This document shows positions 28,467 to 43,175 of a stretch of 64,000 bases of DNA, piece by piece. The translations under genes were made by a program, and so were the position numbers. The stretch lies in NCBI GenBank assembly GCA_964016885.1, contig OZ024751.1:19034001-19098000 (forward strand). The letters run 5' to 3'. The notes beneath the pieces were generated by a model that made no database searches, was not told the DNA's origin, and saw only the letters and a list, made by a program, of their open reading frames with translations. Source of the DNA: Eledone cirrhosa (Eukaryota). Position 1 is the first letter of the stretch. Every line of letters begins with the position of its first letter.

Positions 28467-28836
28467 GGGCAGGGGATTGGCAGTATCGGTAGAGAGTCGG
28501 ACACCATGCTTTGAAGCATAGAGTTACGTCCCTTTATGATCTGAGTTAAAATCCCGCCGAGGTTAACTTTGCCTTTCATCCTTACGGGGTCGATAAAATA
28601 AAGTACCAGTAATGTACTGGATAATTGCTGGCCTTGTGCCTAAAGTAGAAACAATTATTAGGGCGGTGTATTGGCAGTATCGGTAGAGGGTCGGACGCCA
28701 TGCTTTGACGCATAGAGTTACGGCCCCTGCCATTCTGAGTTCAAATCCCGCCGAGGTTAACTTTGCCTTTCATCCTTACGGGGTCGATAAAATAAAGTAC
28801 CAGTAATACACTGGGTGTGGCAAAAGTAGAAACAAT
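28467..28836 (+). mobile_element. Tandem dimer of family A SINE
   Basis: Two head-to-tail copies (28467-28656 and 28661-28836) within (ATT)n. Confidence 0.9.
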
Positions 28837-29537
28837 TATTATTATTATTTTTTTTTTATTGTCAACCTCGAAAGAATGAAAAGCAACTTTGACGATGACA
28901 GGTTAAAAGATACGAATATCACAAATATCCGACGATCTAACGATTCTGTCAAATCGCTGATTTCATTTTATATTACTATTAATATGGTTATGTCATGGTC
29001 TAAATACTTCTTGAAAGGCGGGGATTCCTACTGTGAAGACCTTCTGCTGTCCAGCTCTCCTGAAATATTCTTACCACTTTAAGTCATGACAAGATTATTG
29101 GTGGACTTATCAAACCTATTTAATGTATTTTTATTGAACTTTATCCTATTAACTACTAGTTCAATGATTATATATACCTATGTAAACTTAATAAGTGTAA
29201 ACTAATGCTCATATAACTTAGGATTAAATCAACGTAAAGAAATAACTAATGTGTAACAAGTCGATCAGTTATTCTCCTAAATGATAATAAATGTAACAAA
29301 TGACATCACTCCCAGTTAACCATTCTCTCCTCTGAATAACACTCCTGGAATATCATTTCGAATATCATTTCGATAGATATAGTCATCAAATTTTCTCTAA
29401 ATGCCATATTTTATCGAAATGTTAACGACTTTTCGCTGTGTGCACCTGTTTAAAATGATGACCATATCTATCCAACTATCGCATTTATTGTAGTATCTTC
29501 TAGACAGTGATATGTAAATAATATCTTTTCTTTATTT

Positions 29538-29660
29538 TTGGCTCTGATGAGGGCGCTGAATATTGTATTGGTTTTCACTAAGTTTATCGATTTTAGGATC
29601 GGTAAGCATTTACTCGATGTCAAATTAATCTTTCGGCTTCCGAAATAAATTGTCAGCCAG
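29538..29660 (+). ncRNA. Hammerhead motif with long stem II insertion
   Basis: TGGCT-CTGATGA-GGGCGCTGAA...TTCGGCTTCC-GAAA-TAAATTG-TC-AGCCA; GUC triplet. Confidence 0.75.
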
Positions 29661-29713
29661 TAAATATACCTATTAAAACATTTCTTGTTCTTTTCTCTGA
29701 CATATAACACATG

Positions 29714-29794
<81 letters not shown>

Positions 29795-29869
29795 TTTATA
29801 TACAGTGAGTGTGTTCTGTCATTAATTCTGGCAATATTATTACAACAATATGACCCTCCCCAAGTATAA

Positions 29870-29905
<36 letters not shown>

Positions 29906-29958
29906 ACGATAGTTAGATAGATATATATAGCTAGATAGAGAGATAGATATATAGATAG

Positions 29959-30061
<103 letters not shown>

Positions 30062-30166
30062 CAGATGGATAAATTAAGATTCATCAAAATCAATCAAACT
30101 TCAGAAACGATTGTAAAACAACGAACTGGTTAAGCACCAATCTTTGCCTTTTGTATTCATTGATCA

Positions 30167-30208
<42 letters not shown>

Positions 30209-30418
30209 TAGTGAGTGTGTGTAAGTGTGTGAAAATTTATATATAAATCTCACTCCCTAAACACATACACATACACAGAATCACCCAAACACAATCATCC
30301 AAACACAGACACAGACCCACAATCACAATACAACGATATACGACAAAACTCTGTTACGGATCTAATGTGGATCTGCTTCGTTGGTTTCCTGCAGCGACGG
30401 TGATTCCCAACAGACAAT

Positions 30419-30489
<71 letters not shown>

Positions 30490-30858
30490 AACATACATAG
30501 AAATATATATATAATTATATATATACATATACACTGACACACACTCGTGCACACTAACTGACCCACCCACATGCACTCACGTATATAGATGCATATATAT
30601 ATATATATATATATACACATAAACATATATATATAAATATTTATATATATATATATGTATGTATATATGTTTGTGTGTATATATATACATATATACATAT
30701 ATACATATATACATATATATAAATATATACATACATATATACATATATATATATATACATATATACATACATATATACATACATATATATACATATATAC
30801 ATATACATACATACATACAAACATACATACATATATATACATACATACATATATATAG

Positions 30859-30902
<44 letters not shown>

Positions 30903-30954
30903 TGTCTTTCTGTGGAATATATACATATATACATACATATATATATACATATAT

Positions 30955-31097
<143 letters not shown>

Positions 31098-31539
31098 ATA
31101 TATATATATATAATATTTGTCTTTCTATGGAGTTGCTAGAAGAATATAAAGAAATTGTTTCTCATTTGTTAGGCATCAGCAGGCAAAGGGGTGGCGAGAG
31201 GGGCGGGGGAGGAGGGGTGCCTCTGTGTGTCTGGTCCCTTTGATGATGTACACAATATGGTTAGCTCGATTAACAATACAATTATCTGTGGCCAGCGTTG
31301 GTCGAAAACTGAGAGAGGCGGCTGTCACAACGCCATTTTAGTTTGGCTTTTTTTTGCCTTTTCTCTATATAATTATTTTTTTGCCGTATTTATTTTTGTT
31401 GTTGTTCTTCTTGTTGTTGTTGTTCTTGTTGTTGTTGTTCTTCTTGTTGTTGTTGTTGTTCCTTTTTGCCGAATGAACCGACCAAAAAAAGATATATATA
31501 TATATATATAAAATTATGCTTGTATGTTGTTGTTGTTGT

Positions 31540-32692
31540 GGAGGTGGTGCTGGTGGTGGGGGGTATAGGTGGGGGTGGTAGTGGAGGTGGTGGTGGTGGT
31601 GGTCGTGGTGGTGGTGGTGGTGGTGGTGGTATTGGTGGGGGTGGTAATCGAGGTGGGGCTGACAGTGGAAGTGGGGGTGGTAGTGGAGGTGGTGCTGGTG
31701 GAGGGTATAGGTGGGGGTGGTAGTGGAGGTGTGGGGGGTAGTGGAAGTGTGGGGGGTAGTGGAGGTGGTGGTGGTGATAGTGGAGGTGGTAATGGTGGTG
31801 GTGGTGGTGGTGGTGGTGGTATTGGTGGGGGTGGTAATCGAGGTGGGGCTGACAGTGGAAGTGGGGTGGTGGTGGAGGTGGGGTGGTGGTAATGGTGGTG
31901 GTGGTGGTGGTGGTGGTGGTTGTATTGTTGTTGTTTCTGTTGTTGGAACGTGGTGGCGATGGTGGTGGTAGTGTTGTGGTGTGGGTGGTGGTGGTGGTGG
32001 TGGTGGGGATGACGATGGTGGTAGCGGAGGTGGGAGTGGTAGTGGAGGTGGGGCTGGTAGTGGAAGTGAGGGTGGTAGTGGAGGTGGTAATGGTGGTGGT
32101 GGTGGTATTGTTATTGTTTCTGCTGTTGGAACGTGGTGGCGATGGTGGTGGTAGTGTTGGTGGTGTTGGCGGTGGTGTTGGGGATGGCGATGGTGGTGGT
32201 AGCGGAGGTGGGAGTGTTGGTGGGAGTGGTGCTGAGGTGGTGATGGTGGTCGTTGGAACGTGTTGGCGTTGGTGATGGTGGTGGTGGCGGTGGTAGTAGT
32301 AGTTGTAGTAGTAGTGGTGGTAGTGGTGGTGGTGGTAGTAGTAGTAGTAGTACTACTAGTAAAAGTCAACAACTACAATCACAACACAACAACAATAACA
32401 ACTAAATACTCCATCAATAGCAGCCACAACGCGCCACCACCGACACCACAACCACCGCCATCACCAATATCACCACCATCACCAATAACACCAGCAACAC
32501 CAACACAGTACAAGCAACAACAATAGCACCAATAGCAACTACAACAAGCCCCCACCAACACTACCAACACTATCATTTCCACCACCACAACAACAACAAC
32601 ACCAACACCACCGCCAACAACAACAGCAGTTATAACAACAATAGCCAGTACAACACTCCACAACCGACACCACAAGCACCACCACCACCACC

Positions 32693-32744
<52 letters not shown>

Positions 32745-33305
32745 TCACCAACAACAACAACAACAACACCAACACCAACAACACCAACAACACCAACACC
32801 AACACCAACAACAACACCACCAACAACAACACCACCAACAACACCAACAACACCAACAACAACAACACCAACACCAACAACAACAACACCAACAACACCA
32901 ACAACACCAACAACACCAACACCAACAACAACAACACCAACAACACCACCAACAACACCAACAACAACAACACCAACAACAACAACAACACCAACACCAA
33001 CACCACCAACAACAACAACACCAACAACAACACCAACAATAACAACAACACCACCAACAACAACACCAACAACAACACCAACACCACCCCCAACAACAAC
33101 AACACCAACAACAACACCAACACCAACAACAACAACACCAACAACAACAACACCAACACCAACAACACCAACAACAACACCAACAATAACAACAACACCA
33201 CCAACAACACCAACAACAACAACACCAACACCACCACCAACAACAACACCAACAACAACAACACCAACACCAACAACAACAACACCAACAACATCACCAA
33301 CAACA
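31540..33305. repeat. Degenerate (GGT)n region followed by a (CAA/CAC)n array
   Basis: Trinucleotide-derived low-complexity sequence with internal duplications. Confidence 0.85.
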
Positions 33306-33852
33306 AGAGCAATACTGCGAACAGATTTCAAAGCAGAGTAACAAGCCTTCTTCGTTCAGTTGAAAATACCTTAATGAGACTATGTAGTAAGTCGACAATG
33401 AAAGCGAGGCTAAAGCAGCAACAACGACAGTGTCTTAGAGTGTGCAGCTAAGCTGCATTAGAAAGCAACACCAGGAAACCATTAACGTAATTGCTTGACG
33501 AAGGAAACCCACCGTGCTTCATGTTTCTGCAACTTGCCAAGCTGTAATCTAGTTACTGCACCACTTATGGTGTACAAGGCTTGTAGATGGAGATTTTGTT
33601 TGATAGAGGGGGGGGGAAGTAGAATGAGAAGAATGAAGAGAAGAATGAGTAAAAGAGGGGGAGGAGGGTGAGATGAGACGGGAAAGAGGTGGAGGGTGGG
33701 AAAATAGAGAGGAAAGAAGGGGAGGGGAGAGGCGAGGAGAGGAGGAAAGAAAATCAATTCAGACTATTTGTGTAGGTACTTATCTTACGTATCTATCATC
33801 CGCGAGTATACGTATATATATATATATATACATATACACATACATATATACA

Positions 33853-33939
<87 letters not shown>

Positions 33940-34068
33940 CATATATATATATACACATATATATACATAATATATATACATAAGTATATATATATATATA
34001 CACACACAGACATATATATATATATATTGTATATATATAAATATTTAGGTCAGTACTGCAACATACAA

Positions 34069-34149
<81 letters not shown>

Positions 34150-34204
34150 TACATATATATACATATATATATATTTAGGTCAGTACTGCAACATACAAAC
34201 ACAC

Positions 34205-34239
<35 letters not shown>

Positions 34240-34301
34240 TATACATGTATATATATATACATATATATATATACATAAATATACATATATATACTTATAT
34301 A

Positions 34302-34409
<108 letters not shown>

Positions 34410-34651
34410 TGAGGGGGGAGATGCATTAACATACATCACGTCTTCCATTAAAATCACTTTTTAATCAACTCTAACACCAACTCCAAACCCGATTATTTCT
34501 CCATATTTTCCCATTTTGTTCTGTCTGTGACATCTTCATTTCTACCGACAAGTCGTTCTTGATACGACAACACACTGAGCATCTTGTTGTGAGGAATGTC
34601 TGCAATGACCCCCATCCTTGTCACCACCAACGACGGTGGATTGGCATTAAA

Positions 34652-35014
34652 GGCGGTGGATTGGCAGTATCGGTAGAAGCTCTGACGCCATGCTTTGCAG
34701 CAAAGTGTTACGGCCCTTTACGGTCTGACTTCAAATCCCGCCGAGGTGATCTTTGCCTTTCATCCTTACGGGGTCGATAAAATAAAGTACCAGTAATGTA
34801 CTGGGATAATTGTTGGCCTTGTGCCTAAAGTAGAAACAATTGTCGGTAGAAGATCTGACGCCATGCTTTACAGCAAAGTGTTACGGCCCTTTACGGTCTG
34901 AGTTCAAATCCCGCCGAGGTGATCTTTGCCTTTCATCCTTACGGGGTCGATAAAATAAAGTACCAGTAATGTACTGGGATAATTGTTGGCCTTGTGCCAA
35001 AAGTAAAAACAATT
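34652..35014 (+). mobile_element. Tandem dimer of family A SINE
   Basis: Two copies sharing diagnostic variants (CAGCAAAGTGTTACGG, GGTGATCTTTGCC). Confidence 0.9.
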
Positions 35015-35404
35015 ATCACCAACAACACCACCATCACTACCATCACCACCAACACCACCATCACTACCATCATCACCAACACCACCATCACTACCGTCAT
35101 CACCAGCACAACCATCACAACCATCACTACCACCACCACCAGCACCACCAGCAACACCATCACTACCATCACCACCATCACTACATCCTCACTATCACTA
35201 CCGTCATCACCATCATCACCATCACTACCATCACCACCAGCACCACCAACACCACCATCACTACCGTCACCACCATCACTATCATCACCACCATCACTAC
35301 CCTCATCACCATCACCACCATCACAACCACCACTACCATCACAACCATCACAACCACCACAACCACCACAACCATCACCACCATCACTACCATCACCACC
35401 AGCA

Positions 35405-36750
35405 ACACTTGTATGTCGTAGTGAGGAATGACTGCCATCAACACCATCATTATTACCATCAACATAAGAGTGGTGGATTGGCAGTATCGACAGAGAGTCG
35501 GTCACCATGCTTTGCAGCACAGAGTCACGGCCCTTTACGGTCCGGGTTCTAAACATTTATATGTCGGTGTGAGGAACTGCTGCCATCACAACCAGCACCA
35601 ACCTCCCCACTATCACCACTACCACCAACACCACTAGCACCACTACCACCACCAGCACCCCCTTTTATATCGATGTGAGGAACGCCTTCAATCACCACCA
35701 ACATCACCATCATCATTATCACTACCATCACTACCAGCATCACCAACAACACCAGCACCATTATCACCACCAACACCACCTGTATATCTTTATGAGAAAT
35801 GACTGCCACCATCATCACCATCATCATTATTACAATCATCACTATCAGCACCACCGACACCACCATCCCCACCTGTATATAACGTTGGGAGGAATGCCTT
35901 CAATCCCCACCACCATCACCATCACCACCAACACCACCAACACTTCCAACACCTCCAGCACCACCAGCACCACCATCACCACCATCACCACTATCACCAC
36001 CATCCCCACCTGTATATCGTTGGGAGGAATGCCTTCAATCCTCACCACCATCACCACCATCACCACCAACACCACCAACACCTCCAGCACCACCAGCACC
36101 ACCATCACCACTATCACCACCATCCCCACCTGTATATCGTTGGGAAGAATGCCTTCAATCCCCACCACCATCACCATCACCACCAACACCACCAACACCT
36201 CCAGCATCACCAGCACCACCATCACCACTATCACCACCATCCCCACCTGTATATCGTTGGTAGGAATGCCTTCAATCCCCACCACCATCACCATCACCAC
36301 CAACACCACCAACACCTCCAGCACCACCAGCACCACCAGCATCACCATCACCACTATCACCACCATCCCCACCTGTATATAACGTTGGGAGGAATGCCTT
36401 CAATCCCCACCACCATCACCATCACCACCATCACCACCAACACCACCATCACCACTATCACCACCATCCCCACCTGTATATCGTTGGGAGGAATGCCTTC
36501 AAACCCCACCACCATCACCATCACCACCATCACCACCAACACTTCCAACACCACCAACACTTCCAGCACCACCAGCACCACGATCACCACTATCACCACC
36601 ATCCCCACCTGTACATCGTTGGGAGGAATGCCTTCAATCCCCACCACCATCACCATCACCACCAACACCACCAACACTTCCAGCATCACCAGCACCACCA
36701 TCACCACTATCACCACCAGCACCACCTGTACATCGTTGTGAGGAATCCCT
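35405..36750. repeat. Tandem array (about 100-135 bp period) of a conserved core with variable CAC-rich linkers
   Basis: Core CCCACCTGTATATCGTTGGGAGGAATGCCTTCAATCCCC recurs about 12 times and is more diverged towards the left. Confidence 0.9.
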
Positions 36751-37124
36751 GAGCTGCCATTCACACCATCAATAACCTCCTCACCATGATCACCACATTC
36801 GCAACCATCACCACCATAATCACTAGCACTACCAACACCATCATCATCATCAATGGCAAGGCTTTAGAATAAATATATCTTAAAGTATTGTATTCTATTC
36901 TCGACTGTCTAGTCTCGTCTCGTAGGTCTTGGACATTATTTGAATACCCGCCGTTGTTTATATGGGTGCTTGATGCCTACTAGGATCGCTAAAATACGTT
37001 CCAGTAATATATATATAAGACTAATATGGATCCTGAGCCGTCCATCTGTGAAACGTTCGTAACTGTGTCAAGTCAACAAAAACCTCAACGTGAAACGTTT
37101 CTCTTCTTTTTATTATATACTTAT

Positions 37125-37262
37125 TAGTACTTTATTTTATCGATCCTGTATGGATAAAAGGCAAAGCTAACCTCGACCGAATTTGAACTCAGACCGTAAA
37201 CCATCTAAACTCTCTGTCTCGAAGCATGGTATCCGACACCCTTCCAATATGGCTAATCCACT
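37125..37262 (-). mobile_element. Degenerate family A SINE
   Basis: GTACTTTATTTTATCGATCC...AAGGCAAAGCTAACCTCG...ATTTGAACTCAG. Confidence 0.75.
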
Positions 37263-37284
37263 TCCTTATAGGTTCTAACCAATA

Positions 37285-38245
37285 AACTCAAAGATTACTA
37301 TTGATATTAATTTACACATTGTTGAATTCTTCAAGTATTTACACAAATTAACTACCAGATAGATATTATCGACTTAGAAAATCAAATAAGAATTTACAGT
37401 GCATAAATATAGATCACACTTACAAATCTTGATTTATATTAAACCCGTTAGAAATATTTGTTAGTATTTATCTAGTATTTCCTTTGATATATCTTCCTTT
37501 AAGTAAGAGGTCCCTTACTATGATGAAGCGCTTTAAACGATAACATCAATTACATAAGAATAATGGCATTTTATTCTCCTATACATGAAAACCGAAAACG
37601 AAAAGTGTTATGTTATAATCCTCCATGCGTTCTTAATGTACATATAATCATCTCTAAACATTTCTTTCATTTAATACATAAAAGTTCTCCTCATAATAAC
37701 TGAAATAATAGGATCTTCAACAAGAATAATATTATATAATTAAGTTTCAGTTGTTGACAATATTTTGCTACAGAAATATTTCATATTAATTGTAAATTTC
37801 TTAGACCTCTATCAACGCATAATCTTCCATTTACGAAATTGTATTAATCCAGATAAGTGCCCCTAAATAGATTATGTCTTTCGAATTCCATCGCTTATTG
37901 CACTACAGTATTCACAGCTAATGATTCAGTATCTTAAGATTATATTCGTTTGGCTGAAACTCCTTTGAAATTAAGATATATTCAACAGAGAAACACTTAG
38001 ACAACCTGAAAGACAATCCGCGACAGTATTATCTAAATACATTTGGTTACTGAAGGAGCAGAATATTACAAATTTTAAAACAATTTAGAATACATTAAAG
38101 CATACCAAATCATATACTCAAGGAAGTAATTATTGTATGCTTTACGCCTCTGTTACACTTAATATTGCATTTCTGTTCTTAATACTCGTTCTAAGTTGAT
38201 ATATTTTTGTTGCTATAAATTCAGACTTACATTTAAAATATTTCA
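37285..38245 (+). pseudogene. Decayed Penelope-like retroelement ORF (RT C-terminus, Cys linker, GIY-YIG endonuclease; possibly Naiad-like)
   Basis: Manual translation across stops and frameshifts gives LKITIDINLHIVEF; PYYDEAL; RKRKVLCYNPP; RIFNKNNI.KLSFSC; NCINPDKCP.NRLCLSNSIAYCTTV; YIRLAETPLKLRY; TVLSKYIWLLK; LNTRSKLI. These are colinear with the PLE motifs IIWFNPP, CPL.G.CL, YIG and T.LSKYIW.LK. Confidence 0.8.
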
Positions 38246-38467
38246 AAATACCCACCAGATAAACCCCAAATCCTGGTGTATAAAATAAGCAAACTCTACT
38301 AACCAATCAATTTATGAAATTAGTACTTCACGGTGGAATGTAGACAAATCAAAACAGATGTTTATATCTCTCCGCGAGAAGAAAATATTCTGATTAGTGT
38401 CATCCTTGTTTGGAGATTAATTATAGAATAAATAACCCCAGTTTCTGTATATATATATATATATATG

Positions 38468-38508
<41 letters not shown>

Positions 38509-38519
38509 ATATATATATG

Positions 38520-38572
<53 letters not shown>

Positions 38573-38574
38573 CA

Positions 38575-38815
38575 CCTTGACCAACTAGTCTGTCGGGCGC
38601 CAGTCGGCGCCGCTGGTCACAGCACGTCGTGGTGTTTTAGCCATAAGATAACGCCATCCCACTGGCTGGGCGGGCAGGCCGGTACTCATTTCTACAGCTG
38701 AGTAAACTGGAGCAACGTGAAATAAAGTGTCTTGCTCAAGGAAACAACACATCACCCGGTCCGAGAATTGAACTCACAACCTTTCGATTGCAAGCCCAAT
38801 GCTCTAACCATTTAA
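38575..38815 (-). mobile_element. CORE-type tRNA-derived SINE
   Basis: Minus strand has a tRNA head, then CCTTGAGCAAGACACTTTATTTCACGTTGCTCC and CAGCTGTAGAAATGAGTACC. A second copy lies at 56703. Confidence 0.75.
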
Positions 38816-38851
38816 TTGATCGAATGAACATCTATTTTATTAATATTTGTA

Positions 38852-38907
<56 letters not shown>

Positions 38908-38930
38908 TATACATATGAAAAATATGTATT

Positions 38931-39036
38931 GCGTATCGACCTGTTACCCGCGTTTCGCAGAGGATTGGGTCAAGGTGACCCATAGGAGTTACGGACCCGA
39001 CTCCAGTATCGATCTGCTTCTCAGATTGGTGATGCG
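38931..39036 (-). ncRNA. Degenerate hammerhead with branched stem II
   Basis: Minus strand reads CTGAGAA-GCAGA...TCTGC-GAAA-CGCGGG-TA, with internal hairpins GGAGT/ACTCC and TGGGTCA/TGACCCA. It is flanked by TA tracts. Confidence 0.45.
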
Positions 39037-39037
39037 A

Positions 39038-39075
<38 letters not shown>

Positions 39076-39237
39076 CATTTTCCGTAGTGAAATGAATGAC
39101 AGTTGATAATAACATTGAAATATTGAATGTCTGCATAACTAATACTTTGTAGATAGCAGCTGTTTTCAGGTTATGTAACTGTTATAGAAACACGTGTCAA
39201 TAAATTCCTTTTAACTAAACTATATCCATTAAAATCC

Positions 39238-39279
<42 letters not shown>

Positions 39280-39954
39280 GTCCAATCTCTTTCGACACTC
39301 CAAGACAGGAAGGATATATTTGATAATGTAGCCCTAGATACACTATAGCAACAAAGACAGCGTGGTTACGTATAGAACGTATCGATTATGGTTCTGTTCG
39401 ATCCGGGCTTAAGAATAACAATAAGAATAACAACAACCACAGTGACGTAACTACTCGACCCCACCTCATACCCTGAAATATATGGTCTACAACCCCAGCC
39501 CTAAACTCAGCACATAGCCTACATTTCCCATCACAACTTCATACCTGCACGGAATCCCTACGCCACCGCTTCTCACATCCACACATGTCCTGCTCCATCC
39601 CACAACACACCTCCACACGGTCTACACGACACCTACCACACACCACCCCACTGCCTTGCATACGGCCTATCTCAGATCCACCACACCCACACACCTCCAG
39701 CAGGGAATACACAAGCGCCACATCCCACTTAAACACAAGACCTTCTCTACCAACACCAACTTGCATGGGTCAAGCCCATTCCACCTTACACAGCTTTAAA
39801 TCATCACCGCCACCACATCCACCTTACAAGACTTAAACCATCACCGCCACCACATCCACCTTACAAGACTTAAACCACAACCAATACAAACACCACAAAC
39901 AACAGCAATTCAGCCATTTTACATATCTTATAACAGCTTATGACTACTAAACTA

Positions 39955-40535
39955 ATAACACCACCAGCTAACCACCACCACCACAACGACCAACACCACC
40001 AACACCACCACCATCACAGCCACCACCACCACCACCACCACCAATACCACCAACACCACCACCATCACAACCACCACCACCACCACCAACACCACCACCA
40101 TCACAACCACTAGCACAACCACCACCACCAACACCACCAACACCACCACCATCACAACCACCTGCACAACCACCACCAACACCACCAACACCACCACCAT
40201 CACAGCCACCAGCACAACCACCACCACCAACACCACCACCATGACCACCACCACCACCACCATCACAGCCACCAGCACAACCACCACCACCACCACCACC
40301 ACCAACACCACGAACACCACCACCATCACAGCCACCAGCACAACCACCACCACCACCACCACCACCACCACCACCACCACCAACACCACCACCATCACAG
40401 CCACCAGCACAACCACCACCATCAACACCACCACCACCACCAGCACCACCAACACCACCACCACGACCACCACCACCAACAACAACAACAACATGACTAC
40501 CACCACCACCATCACCACCACCACCACCACTAACA
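39955..40535. repeat. (CAC)n-derived minisatellite
   Basis: Recurrent ACCACCATCACAGCCACCAGCACAACC units. Confidence 0.85.
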
Positions 40536-40710
40536 TCATCTAAACGTCATCTAAATGTCACGTTAATCAGCCATCACTATAGACGTAGACCATAAGATGT
40601 CATATAAACACTTAAGATATTCTCTAATAGTGTTTAAAATATAGCTTATTACCTCTTAACACTTATTGCCCTCCTTAGATAGAGATGTTTTCTTCCAGCG
40701 TGATGTCTAC

Positions 40711-40766
<56 letters not shown>

Positions 40767-41001
40767 AGTATATATATGTATATACATATATATGTGTGTG
40801 TGTGTGTTTGTATGTATATATATATATACATGTATATATATATATGTGTACATATTTATATATGTATACATACATAAATATATATATATATATACACACA
40901 TACATATATATACATATATATATGTATATATATATATATATATACATATATATGTATATATACATAATGTATATATACATAATGTATATATATACATAAT
41001 G

Positions 41002-41039
<38 letters not shown>

Positions 41040-41137
41040 CACATACATAATGTATATATACATAATGTATATATATATATATTATGTATATATACATTAT
41101 GTATATATATATATATATTATGTATATATACATTATG

Positions 41138-41199
<62 letters not shown>

Positions 41200-41290
41200 C
41201 CAGTAATGCTCTAGATTAATTGCTGGCCTTGTGCCTAAAGTAGAAACAATTATATATATATATACATAATATATATATATATAAATACAT

Positions 41291-41413
41291 AACGAAGGAG
41301 TTGTGGTAAGGAACCAGATGGACCATAACGCACCAGAGTACTCAATACTTAGGGTAGTAGAGTGGATAATAGGAGAAAGTATGACCCCGACGGCAGAGCT
41401 CAAGCCGTTTCGA
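41291..41413 (-). mobile_element. Family B element
   Basis: AACGAAGG...CAAGCCGTTTCGA, truncated just past the GAAA motif. Confidence 0.7.
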
Positions 41414-41511
41414 TATATACATATATAGTTTAATAAATGAACAGAGAACAAAAAACAGAGGGGCAGTACAAATGATATAAGTATTATATATACACACATA
41501 ATATATATATA

Positions 41512-41570
<59 letters not shown>

Positions 41571-41621
41571 TACCGTATATTTTGGTAGATTTATCTACAT
41601 TTTGAAACCCTTAATGAGGTA

Positions 41622-41711
41622 TCCCCTTGATAAGTCGGCAGACCTCACAAAAATTATATATCTCTGTGATGTATTGTTTTTGATTATGCCACGAAACTGC
41701 GTAGTCGAGGA
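41622..41711 (+). ncRNA. Hammerhead motif with U3-A8 core and long stem II loop
   Basis: TCCCC-TTGATAA-GTCGGCA...TGCCAC-GAAA-CTGCGTAG-TC-GAGGA. Confidence 0.6.
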
Positions 41712-41807
41712 ATTTAGAAGCAGTTTAGGTATTATACATCTTATTACTAATTATATCTAACGTTTCTTCTCTCTTCATAATGTACTATATATATATATAT
41801 ATGTGTG

Positions 41808-41918
<111 letters not shown>

Positions 41919-42102
41919 TTATATATATGTATATATATATAATATATATATATATATACACACACACACAGAGTGGAGGAAATGGAGGCAGAAGGGAGAA
42001 GAGTAAGTTCGATAGTGATTAGGAAAAGTGTGTTGATATAATAATAGTCAAGAGAAAATTGGTACACACACACGTACACACTCACACACATGTATATATA
42101 AG

Positions 42103-42192
<90 letters not shown>

Positions 42193-42473
42193 CGTCTGTG
42201 TCTCTCTGTGTGTGTGTGTGTCTGTGTGTGTCTGTGTGTGTCTGTGTGTGTCTGTGTGTGTCTGTGTCTGTGAAAAATGGAAGAAAAATATAGAAAGAAA
42301 GAATGTAGAAAGAATGATGTGTCTGTGAGTGTTTAACTAAAATCATACATGTATCGATAGAGAGATGGTGTGATAGATAGATTGATAGATTGATGATAAA
42401 TTGATTGATAAATTGATTGTTCGATAGAAAGACATAATAACATAATTACATTACATATATACATATATGTATG

Positions 42474-42508
<35 letters not shown>

Positions 42509-42643
42509 GTATATATATATGTGTGTGTGTATGTATAGAGATATATATGGGATAACAAGTTGTCGGTTTTTGTATTTAAAGTCAGGTGACTCAACTTCGA
42601 GTGATTAGCGGCATTTAGACTCACCTGATCAATGAAACAATTG

Positions 42644-42762
<119 letters not shown>

Positions 42763-42827
42763 CGTGTGTGTGTGTGTATGAATGTATATATGTATGTATG
42801 CATATGTATGTATTTGTATTTAATAAC

Positions 42828-43003
42828 GGTTTCTACTTTAGGCACAAGGCCAGCAATTATTTCAGTGCATTACTGGTACTTTATTTTATCGACCCCGTAC
42901 GGATGAAAGGCAAAGCTAACTTCAGCGGGATTTGAGCGCAGACAGTAAAGGACCGTAACTCTATGCTGCAAAGCATGGCGTCCGACCCTCTGCTCATACT
43001 GCC
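42828..43003 (-). mobile_element. Family A SINE
   Basis: Tail, central domain and B-box match the other copies. Confidence 0.85.
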
Positions 43004-43175
43004 TAGCATATAGGTCAGAACCGTTGTGCACATGCCGAAGTATTGGGGTCAGTAGGTATATATGGTACGCTCTCATCAGATAAAATACAAAGTTTGTTTT
43101 ATAAACTAACCAGGAAAAACTTGAACCGTTAAGATCTTCTTCCTGGATATGTCAATATTTATAAAACAAACTTTG

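Noticed and set aside
35405-36750. CRISPR-like repeat/spacer array
   Set aside because: The linkers are related low-complexity CAC sequence, not unique spacers.
37690-37770. In-frame TGA codons in the PLE ORF as selenocysteine
   Set aside because: They do not fall at Cys positions, and the ORF also has TAA/TAG stops and frameshifts, so decay explains them.
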